Source: an uncultured Planctomycetia bacterium | Lineage (GTDB): Bacteria > Omnitrophota > Gorgyraeia > Tantalellales > Tantalellaceae | Assembly (NCBI GenBank): GCA_964409365.1 | Contig: CAYPCX010000003.1 | Span: 84,577-148,576, forward strand | Direction: 5' to 3' | Length of the DNA stretch: 64,000 nt | Shown: positions 56,049-63,317 of the stretch, one piece after another | Layout of the letters: each line of letters opens with the position of its first letter | Numbering within the stretch: position 1 is the first letter of the stretch | The notes under the pieces: generated by a model | Told to the model about the DNA's origin: nothing | Seen by the model: the letters and a program-made list of their open reading frames with translations, nothing else | Databases searched by the model: none | Program-made: the position numbers and the translations under genes

Positions 56049-57191
56049 ATGCTGACCAGAAAATACAACCGATTCCAGCGGGAGGTCAAAAAACAGATCA
56101 GCCCTCTCAGGAAGAAAAAAAAGATAGGGGAGGCCGAATTCGACGCTCTCGTCAAAAAGATACTCTCGAACAAAGACCTCGACGTGAAAGACAAGGTCTA
56201 CTGCCGGGACGGCGCCGCTTACGTCCACAAAATAGACAAGCGCACCTTCCAGATACTGGCCTTCCAGATCAACACCTTCGGCAGCGGCGTGTTCGGAAGA
56301 TCCATCGTCAAGCTCTGCACGCCGGTAATGCTGACGATAACCGCCCACGGGACGCACCGCCACCTCCAGCACAGCCTGAAAGATACCTGCCTTTCCATAG
56401 ACGAGCTTTACCTTGGCAAGGACTATTCCGGCAGCAAAGGCCCCCTTTGCGACAGGGAAAAGTTCCTGCCTTACGCCAGGATGATGTTCCTTTCCAAAAA
56501 AACGGCTTATTCTTTCAACCACCAGGTGGTCTATAATATCATGAACGCGAACTACCTCTGCCACCACATAGCGGAGGTAATGGGCTACGCCTTCGGGGCC
56601 CTTGACATCTACTGGACACAGGCGAAGGACCTTTTCTTTTTATCGTCGGGTTCCTGGTTCAACCAGAACAGGCACAAGCTCTACATAAACATCATTGAGA
56701 ACTTTTCTGGGGACAAGATGAGCGGCCACTTCCAGATACCCCATTACGCGGAGCTGGCCGAGAACATCACTAAGTTCAAGGAGGAATTCGACGTCCTGCT
56801 CAGCTCTATAGATTACAAGAAAGAGATAGAGACGTTCTGCCTGCCCGTCGGCTACCAGGTGATACGCAAGAAGAGGTTCAACAAGAACGTCAACGTTATC
56901 ACGAGCCAGCATATCCTGGAACATCTCCTCTCGGAATACTACAAGCGCGAGAACATCTTCGTGGTCGCCAACACTTTCCAGACGCTTGAATACCTCTCCA
57001 GGGCGCTGATAGCCAAAGTGGAAGGCAGACAGGAGGAATTCGCGGATTACATGAAAACCGTCACGTCTTGTCTGGGATACTACCCCGAAAGGGATTTCGA
57101 GGCGTTTTACAGGCAGAAAGAGACCAAATTCCCGGAATTCATAAGCGAATATTCCCACTCCATGTTCTTCAGGGCTCCTGTACTAAGGTGA
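56049..57191 (+). CDS. Hypothetical protein (380 aa), no recognisable motif; first gene of lower-GC island
   Basis: Long ORF with coding-like composition; immediately precedes peptide ORF and radical-SAM gene. Confidence 0.4.
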   Translation: MLTRKYNRFQREVKKQISPLRKKKKIGEAEFDALVKKILSNKDLDVKDKVYCRDGAAYVHKIDKRTFQILAFQINTFGSGVFGRSIVKLCTPVMLTITAHGTHRHLQHSLKDTCLSIDELYLGKDYSGSKGPLCDREKFLPYARMMFLSKKTAYSFNHQVVYNIMNANYLCHHIAEVMGYAFGALDIYWTQAKDLFFLSSGSWFNQNRHKLYINIIENFSGDKMSGHFQIPHYAELAENITKFKEEFDVLLSSIDYKKEIETFCLPVGYQVIRKKRFNKNVNVITSQHILEHLLSEYYKRENIFVVANTFQTLEYLSRALIAKVEGRQEEFADYMKTVTSCLGYYPERDFEAFYRQKETKFPEFISEYSHSMFFRAPVLR

Positions 57192-57193
57192 TC

Positions 57194-57271
57194 ATGAAAA
57201 GGCCCGGAGGCGGAAAACCCTTGAAATTTTCGCGTATATCACTAAAATATACTTGTTGCGTTAAATTCTGA
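57194..57271 (+). CDS. Candidate 25-aa peptide MKRPGGGKPLKFSRISLKYTCCVKF (possible RiPP precursor), speculative
   Basis: Starts 3 nt after upstream stop with AAGGTGA SD-like; ends 38 nt before the radical-SAM start; C-terminal Cys-Cys. Confidence 0.2.
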   Translation: MKRPGGGKPLKFSRISLKYTCCVKF

Positions 57272-57309
57272 ATTGACATATAGATACAAATACGCAGGGG
57301 GTAAATGCC

Positions 57310-58767
57310 ATGTCGGCAAAAATATCGCAAAATATTAACAGTTTTTTCACGAAACAGCTGATCAATTTTTTGCCTTTCTTTTTAAAAAGGGCGTCCAAGA
57401 AGAACCTTATAAGTATGTTCGAACTTGCGGCCAAATTCGCCCACACTGAAGAGGACAAAAAAGACATATCCGGAACTATCTGGCGATTGAAGAACAATTA
57501 CGGGACCCTGGATTTTTTCAAACGCCTTATTGATGAACTAAATCCGCGATGCATGAAAAAGTTTTTCGAGAACGCGCATCTGGTCCATCACGATATCAGC
57601 AAAATAGGCCTGGAATTCCGGGAAAGGGAAGGTTTCCGCGGTCCCGATGTCCTGGTGCTCGATGTCACGGCCAGATGTAATTTGCGATGTAAGGGATGCT
57701 GGGCCGGGGAGTATGATAAGAAGGCCGAAGATCTCGATATGAAGCTGATCGAAAAAGCACTGGATGAGGCAAGATACAAAATAGGGCTTAACCATATCGC
57801 CGTAACAGGGGGAGAACCTCTTATAAGAGAAAACCTTTTTGACATCTTTGAGAAATACTCCGATTGCCAATTCATACTCTATACCAATGGGACGCTTTTA
57901 ACGGACGAGAAGATAAAGAAAATAGCCGAATTAGGGAACGTTTATGTGCTTTTAAGCATTGAAGGCAATGAGGAATATACTGACGCGAGAAGGGGGGAAG
58001 GCGTATATAAAAAGGTCATTAACGCCATGGAGAGGTTGAAGAAAGCCGGTGTCATATTCGGCTTTTCAAGCTGTCCTACCCGCGAAAATATCGAATACCT
58101 GGCCAGTGACGAGTTCGTCGATACCATGCTTGAAAAAGGCTGCCATTACGGTTTCTATTTCCAGTATGTTCCGGTCGGAAGGGATCCCGATCCTGAATTA
58201 ATGCCCACGCCCGAGCAAAGGAATGCCGTAAGGTATAGTCTTTACAGGCACAGGAACACAAAACCGATACTTTTGATCGATTTCTGGAATGACGGCCCTG
58301 AGGTCAACGGTTGCATGGCCGGTGGCAGGAAATACCTTCATATAACGAATAACGGTGACATTGAACCCTGTGTTTTTGTCCATTTTGCCGTAGGTAACAT
58401 CAAGGATATGAGCATAACAGATGCGCTTAAGTCGTCTTTTTTCACTGAGATAAGGAACAATATTCCCTATGACGGCAATCTTTTAAGGCCATGTATGATA
58501 ATCGACAGGCCTTACGTCCTAAGAGGCCTGGTCGAAAAACATAAAGCTTACGCTTCCGACAGGGATGCGGAACTTTTGTTCACCAAGTGCAAGGATGCGC
58601 TTGATAATTATTCCAAAGAATTAAGCGAAGTATTGGACAAGGAATGGGAGGCGGGAAAATGGATGTGTTTCTACCCGTCACCGGAGAGGCCCGAGATAAT
58701 AGGCCTTGATAAAGACAAAGCCGATGTCACGGCCTCGCATGGAACCCGATCTCCCGTTTCCGCTTAG
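57310..58767 (+). CDS. Radical SAM enzyme with SPASM/twitch-like C-terminal domain and ~110-aa N-terminal extension (RRE-like)
   Basis: Cx3Cx2C CNLRCKGC; GGEPL glycine-rich SAM motif; C-terminal NGCMAGG...ITNNGDIEPCVF...RPCM Cys cluster. Confidence 0.8.
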   Translation: MSAKISQNINSFFTKQLINFLPFFLKRASKKNLISMFELAAKFAHTEEDKKDISGTIWRLKNNYGTLDFFKRLIDELNPRCMKKFFENAHLVHHDISKIGLEFREREGFRGPDVLVLDVTARCNLRCKGCWAGEYDKKAEDLDMKLIEKALDEARYKIGLNHIAVTGGEPLIRENLFDIFEKYSDCQFILYTNGTLLTDEKIKKIAELGNVYVLLSIEGNEEYTDARRGEGVYKKVINAMERLKKAGVIFGFSSCPTRENIEYLASDEFVDTMLEKGCHYGFYFQYVPVGRDPDPELMPTPEQRNAVRYSLYRHRNTKPILLIDFWNDGPEVNGCMAGGRKYLHITNNGDIEPCVFVHFAVGNIKDMSITDALKSSFFTEIRNNIPYDGNLLRPCMIIDRPYVLRGLVEKHKAYASDRDAELLFTKCKDALDNYSKELSEVLDKEWEAGKWMCFYPSPERPEIIGLDKDKADVTASHGTRSPVSA

Positions 58768-59269
58768 CCGGGGGCGGTTCCATTAGCTTTCTGATGGCTT
58801 CAAAGATCGCACAGATCTCCCCGTCATGTTTTTCAACTTTTCGTTCCAACTCGGCTAATTTATGCATTAGCTCCTTATGCGTGACGACCATTTCTTTGAG
58901 TTTCACAAAAACTCGCATAATAGCAATGTTTACCTGCGCTGCCCGTTCGCTGTTCAATACGCTGGAAAGCATCAAGATCCCATGCTCGGTGAATGTATAA
59001 GGTAGATACCGTCTGCCTCCTCGTTTTGAGGTTTCAAATTGAAACCTCAAACTTTCGCTTTCCGCTCTATTCAGTTGGAACATGAAGTCCTTTGGAAAAC
59101 GATTTTTATTGCGCCTTACAGCCAGATTTAAAGATTTCGTGGGTACTCCATAAAGGATCGCCAGATCTTTGTCCAGCATCACTTTCTTGCCCCTGATCAG
59201 CAGTATTTTACCCGCGATGGTCTTCTGCGAAATCAGTCCTGTCATAACCGTTTTCTTCCGTTTCCCCAT
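58727..59269 (-). CDS. ORF6N-domain (KilA-N-like, phage antirepressor-type DNA-binding) protein, copy 1
   Basis: RNKNRFPKDFMFQL, RGGRRYLPYTFTEHGILMLSSVLNSERA; C-terminal coiled coil + EPPPAKRKR. 41-nt convergent overlap with the radical-SAM gene. Confidence 0.75.
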   Translation of the reverse strand: MGKRKKTVMTGLISQKTIAGKILLIRGKKVMLDKDLAILYGVPTKSLNLAVRRNKNRFPKDFMFQLNRAESESLRFQFETSKRGGRRYLPYTFTEHGILMLSSVLNSERAAQVNIAIMRVFVKLKEMVVTHKELMHKLAELERKVEKHDGEICAIFEAIRKLMEPPPAKRKREIGFHARP

Positions 59270-59312
59270 AAAACCTCCCTATCCTCAAATTTAATACTGT
59301 GGATTCCATACC

Positions 59313-59352
59313 CTCACAATATTAGACACATTTCCCGCCCAAATTCTTTCAC
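59313..59352 (-). promoter_or_regulatory. Variant copy of the conserved ECF-type promoter motif (TGAAAGAATTT-N-GTCTAATATTGTGAG) upstream of ORF6N copy 1
   Basis: Same spacing and 15-nt -10/start block as the ECF sigma gene promoter at 2198-2235. Confidence 0.45.
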
Positions 59353-59462
59353 TTTTTTTTGAATTATCCAGGTATATGCTTGCCATAAGAACGCCTTAGA
59401 CTTATAATTTGTACTCAAGGCCTGTTAATAGGGCAGGGCACAAAACGTAAAGGGAACACATA

Positions 59463-60119
59463 ATGCTGAAGAAAAAGGCTGAAGCGATAATCAGGGATAT
59501 CGGCAGGGCCGACCGGGTATTCACGATCAACAGGAATAAAGCCGCTTTTATAGTCGTCGATATGCAGAACTTCGTCTGTAAACCCAAGAAAAGCCCCAAA
59601 AAGATGATCGGCATTAAAAAGGTCGTCACCAATATCAACAGGATCGCCGACCTGTGCCGCCGGACGAACATACCCGTAATATGGATAAGGCAGAATTTCA
59701 CCATGAAAAAGGGCAAAAGCGACGGCGGCCTGTACGATAAATTCCACAAAACGCCTTTATCCCGCGAGATAACGAACCGAAGGCCCGGCACGGAGATCTA
59801 CAAAGAGCTCCATTTCGACGGGAAAAAGGACCACGTCGTGTTCAAGAACAGGTACAGCGCTTTCGAGAGCAAAATATCAAAACTGGATAATTTGCTGAAG
59901 AAGCTCGGGAAGAAACAGCTGATCTTCGCCGGTGCCGCCGTGAACGTATGCGTTGAAAGCACCATCCGTGACGCCATGCAGAAAGGGTATGAAGCCACGC
60001 TGGTCTCCGACGCGACCACGACTTTCGACAAGGCGCTTTTGGAAGCCAGCCTGTTCAATATTAAAATATACTTCGGCGACGTCCTGGACACGGCCGGCGT
60101 CTTAAAAGAACTGGCATAA
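59463..60119 (+). CDS. Isochorismatase-family cysteine hydrolase
   Basis: AFIVVDMQNFV (Asp), K, NVCVESTIRDA (Cys) triad pattern. Confidence 0.8.
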   Translation: MLKKKAEAIIRDIGRADRVFTINRNKAAFIVVDMQNFVCKPKKSPKKMIGIKKVVTNINRIADLCRRTNIPVIWIRQNFTMKKGKSDGGLYDKFHKTPLSREITNRRPGTEIYKELHFDGKKDHVVFKNRYSAFESKISKLDNLLKKLGKKQLIFAGAAVNVCVESTIRDAMQKGYEATLVSDATTTFDKALLEASLFNIKIYFGDVLDTAGVLKELA

Positions 60120-60131
60120 AAAAGGAACCCC

Positions 60132-60911
60132 ATGAAAACACATCTTTTTTATTTTTCCGCTACCGGCAACTCATTGAAGATCGCCAATGACCTGGCAAAA
60201 GAGCTCGGAGAGACCCGGGTCTTTTCTATCCCAAAGGTCATACATGAAACCCCCGATCTATCGGCCGAGCGTATAGGCATTGTCTTTCCCATGTACTACG
60301 GGGGGATCCCCAATATCGTCAAAAGGTTTATTGGTACGATCACCCCTGAGCCGGGGAAATACCTGTTCGCCGTCACCAGCGGAAGAGACGAAAATTCCCC
60401 CATGGGCGCCCTGGACCTGGCCCGGAAACTCTTCAGGAAAAAAGGCCTGGATCTATCGGCCGGTTTCTTCGTCCGGATGCCGGGAAATTATCTTCTCATG
60501 TACGATATCATATCGAAAGAAGAGCAGGAAGACCGGCTCAAGGAAGAAGAGGCCAGGGTCAGGGAGATCGCGGGAAAGATCACCGCCGGCGAGCGCTCCA
60601 TCGAAAAAGGCTCCTTTCTGGCGAACTGGCTGCTTTCCGGGGTAATGCACGGCATCGCCTCCTCAAGATTCGCGACGGCGGACAAATACCTCCGGGTAGA
60701 CGAGAAATGTACGCATTGCGGTACGTGCGAAAAGGTGTGCCCTGTCCGTAATATCAGGCTGCGGGACGGGGTCCCGACCTGGCTGCATCACTGCGAACAC
60801 TGCCTGGCGTGCCTGCACTGGTGTCCGGCCGGTGCGATCCAATGCGGGAAGAACACGGCGGGCCGTACCCGCTACAGAAATCCCCGGATAACGCTCGAGG
60901 ATCTCACATGA
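60132..60911 (+). CDS. Flavodoxin-like domain fused to 4Fe-4S dicluster ferredoxin (EFR1-type iron-sulfur flavoprotein)
   Basis: FYFSATGNSLKIA flavodoxin start; CTHCGTCEKVCP and CEHCLACLHWCP ferredoxin motifs. Confidence 0.7.
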   Translation: MKTHLFYFSATGNSLKIANDLAKELGETRVFSIPKVIHETPDLSAERIGIVFPMYYGGIPNIVKRFIGTITPEPGKYLFAVTSGRDENSPMGALDLARKLFRKKGLDLSAGFFVRMPGNYLLMYDIISKEEQEDRLKEEEARVREIAGKITAGERSIEKGSFLANWLLSGVMHGIASSRFATADKYLRVDEKCTHCGTCEKVCPVRNIRLRDGVPTWLHHCEHCLACLHWCPAGAIQCGKNTAGRTRYRNPRITLEDLT

Positions 60912-61318
60912 AAATAATAATAGACACCAACCTGTTAGTGGCCTGTATGTTCAATAAAAGCAGCGCTTCCGCCCGGATCATACGCCAGGCCGAAGAGGGC
61001 GCTGTCGATGTGATGTGGCATCAAAAGACCCGGAACGAAGCGCGATTCATTGTAGACCAGATCCAGAGGGCGGTCCCGAAAGTGAAGATCGACCTGGACA
61101 AGGTGTTCAGGGAACAGAACGAAGTGAAAGATATGCCAAGAATTGAAGATGCTTCCGAAGACCCTGAAGACAATAAGTTCCTGGCATGCGCCGTAGCGGC
61201 CGGGGCCGATATGATCGTTTCGAACGACGCGCACCTCCGGAAGCTTAAAAAGTTTCAAGGTATTCCCATTTATACCTCTCGCCGGGCCCTGGAGATCATA
61301 AAAAAGGAACACGCGTGA
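60908..61318 (+). CDS. PIN-domain protein (TIGR00305-like putative toxin), orphan
   Basis: MKIIIDTNLLVA (Asp), LACAVAAGADMIVSNDAHL; ATGA overlap with upstream gene; ORF-track N-extension is read-through. Confidence 0.7.
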   Translation: MKIIIDTNLLVACMFNKSSASARIIRQAEEGAVDVMWHQKTRNEARFIVDQIQRAVPKVKIDLDKVFREQNEVKDMPRIEDASEDPEDNKFLACAVAAGADMIVSNDAHLRKLKKFQGIPIYTSRRALEIIKKEHA

Positions 61319-61347
61319 CGGAACACAAAGATGTCTCTATCACCCCT

Positions 61348-61881
61348 TCACATGAAACCCGATCCCCGTTTCTTTTTAGCCGGAGGCGGTTCCATTAGCT
61401 TCCTGATAGCGTCGAAAACGATCTTAAATTGTCCGTCATATTTCTTTTCCAAAGTTTCAATTTTTCTCCTTAGACTTTCATACGTCATGATCATTCTCCG
61501 CATACTCACAAATACCCGCATGATCTGAATATTCGCCTTAATTGCCCTTTTGCTGTTCAATACACTCGATAGCATTGCGACCCCTTGCTCGGTAAACACG
61601 CAAGGCAAGTATCTCCGTCCGCCCCAACTTGAGGTCACAAATTGTGACCTCAAGATTGTAACTTCTTTATTTGTAATGATAAACATAAAATCCCCAGGAA
61701 AGCGATCACGATTTCTCTTTACTGCTTGCAATAAAACCTTTGTTTGAACATCATAGAGTTCCGCCAAATCCCTATCTAGCATTACGTTATACCCCCGGAT
61801 CCGATATATCTTGGTCTTAATGTCCTCCAGCGAAACCCTTTTTCCCATGCTTTTCCCCCTTCTTGATATCTTCCTTTTCAT
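61348..61881 (-). CDS. ORF6N-domain protein, copy 2 (paralog of 58727-59269)
   Basis: RNRDRFPGDFMFII, WGGRRYLPCVFTEQGVAMLSSVLNSKRA, FDAIRKLMEPPPAKKKR. Confidence 0.75.
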   Translation of the reverse strand: MKRKISRRGKSMGKRVSLEDIKTKIYRIRGYNVMLDRDLAELYDVQTKVLLQAVKRNRDRFPGDFMFIITNKEVTILRSQFVTSSWGGRRYLPCVFTEQGVAMLSSVLNSKRAIKANIQIMRVFVSMRRMIMTYESLRRKIETLEKKYDGQFKIVFDAIRKLMEPPPAKKKRGSGFM

Positions 61882-61886
61882 GAACC

Positions 61887-61926
61887 CTCACTATATTAGA
61901 CACATCTCCCGCCCAAATTCTTTCAA
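61887..61926 (-). promoter_or_regulatory. Variant copy of the conserved ECF-type promoter motif (TGAAAGAATTT-N-GTCTAATATAGTGAG) upstream of ORF6N copy 2
   Basis: -10/start block GTCTAATATAGTGAG identical over 15 nt to the ECF sigma promoter; 5 nt then ATG. Confidence 0.45.
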
Positions 61927-61954
61927 TTTTTTCGTTTTTTTAGTAAAATAACAA

Positions 61955-62998
61955 TTGATGCCTACTAAACTCCGCTATGAAACGGACCCGTACAACCGGC
62001 TTATCCTGGCCCCCAAGGGCAAGAAAAGCCCCCTCAGGAAATACCGCCGCGTCCTGACCGGCCGCTTTAAAACAGACGCCAAAAACACCCTTATTTACAC
62101 CGTAAGGGCCCCTCTGGCGGCCGAAGGGAAGGACCTGCCCCACCAGCTCCGCCTGAAGGGGAAATGGTCCCTGACAGAGGATCATGACCTGCGCCTCACC
62201 CTGGATAAGAAGGGCAGGGACACCCTCCAGGACAAGATAACCCTCAAGGGCGAGATACTGGACGTCAAAAAGAATTCGCTCCTTTTTGCCGTCACCACCA
62301 AGACAAAAAAGAACACGCGCCTCACGTACGTCCTGGAGCTCGGCGGCACCTGGCAGGCCGACCGCAACAACCGCCTGACCTTCCACGTCCAGAAAGAAAA
62401 GGGACGCCACGATATCCTCACCTTAAAGGGCGCCTGGGACATCAATAAAGACCACCAGATCACATACACCTATGAAAAAGCCTCCCTCCTCAGGAAAAAG
62501 AAAAAGACACACACCCTCACGTTCAAGGGCCACTGGAACGTCACCGAGAGACACCGCATATCCTACGAGCTCAGCAAAGCCTCCGATCCCGCCTTCACCT
62601 TCAGGACAAGCGCCGGCATATTCGAAGGTAACCGCATTATATACGAACTGGGTATCGGCTTATCCGGCAGCTCAAAGCCCGTCAAACGCACCCTGACGCT
62701 CTCCGGCAGGTGGAAACTGCTGAAAAACGTGGGCCTCGTCTTTGAGGTGAAATACAAAGATAAAAAACCGTACTCCATGGTCTTCGGGGCCGATGCCGAG
62801 CTCACCGACAAAGACACGGTCCTCTTCCGTCTCACCAACGACATGGAGAACAAAGACCTTGAACTGTCCCTGGAACTATCCCGCAAGATACTCAAGGGTG
62901 ACGGTGAGGCGTTCGTAAGGTTCCTTAGGCGCAGGTCCTCGTCATTCCCGCGCAAGCGGGAATCTGCCGTATACGTAGGAGCGGGGTGGGGATTTTAA
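61955..62998 (+). CDS. Repeat protein with ~45-aa beta-strand-like repeats (LKGxW...H.ItY), no signal peptide, unknown function
   Basis: Repeats LKGKWSLTEDHDLRLT / LKGAWDINKDHQITYT / FKGHWNVTERHRISYE / LSGRWKLLKNVGLVFE. Confidence 0.45.
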   Translation: MMPTKLRYETDPYNRLILAPKGKKSPLRKYRRVLTGRFKTDAKNTLIYTVRAPLAAEGKDLPHQLRLKGKWSLTEDHDLRLTLDKKGRDTLQDKITLKGEILDVKKNSLLFAVTTKTKKNTRLTYVLELGGTWQADRNNRLTFHVQKEKGRHDILTLKGAWDINKDHQITYTYEKASLLRKKKKTHTLTFKGHWNVTERHRISYELSKASDPAFTFRTSAGIFEGNRIIYELGIGLSGSSKPVKRTLTLSGRWKLLKNVGLVFEVKYKDKKPYSMVFGADAELTDKDTVLFRLTNDMENKDLELSLELSRKILKGDGEAFVRFLRRRSSSFPRKRESAVYVGAGWGF

Positions 62999-63034
62999 GT
63001 TAAAATACCAGCGTGAAAGGGAGGAGGGGCTTTT

Positions 63035-63118
63035 ATGGCACTTTATAACATTATAGCAATAGGGATTATCATACTCCTGGTGGTCCTTCTTGTGTGGCAG
63101 CGCTCTAAAAAAGGCTAA
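63035..63118 (+). CDS. Candidate 27-aa single-TM peptide MALYNIIAIGIIILLVVLLVWQRSKKG
   Basis: Perfect SD GGGAGGAGG 5 nt upstream; hydrophobic core + basic tail; ~200 nt upstream of the decarboxylase. Confidence 0.25.
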   Translation: MALYNIIAIGIIILLVVLLVWQRSKKG

Positions 63119-63317
63119 TTAGTAAGCTCTATGGTAGGGGGAATGCTTTAACGAAGGTTTATCGACCGGGCATGCGCGAGTTGTGAAAGGGGACAACGAA
63201 TAGTTTTTTGGCATAACCCCTTGTATGTTCAGAATATATCATTAAGATATATGTGTTGTATGATACAATTTTATTAAAGTTAACAGTCCTGAGCATTTAA
63301 TAATAAGAGGAGAAACC

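Noticed and set aside
57068-57271. ORF 57068..57271+ (67 aa) as a real protein
   Set aside because: Its first 42 codons overlap the 3' end of the 380-aa gene in another frame. Only the last 25 codons (57194-57271) are free-standing and preceded by an SD-like sequence, so only that peptide is retained as a candidate.
61331-61528. ORF 61331..61528+ (65 aa) overlapping the 3' end of ORF6N copy 2
   Set aside because: It is antisense to a well-supported gene. Its first codons merely mirror the homologous tail that in copy 1 forms the rSAM C-terminus. No SD.
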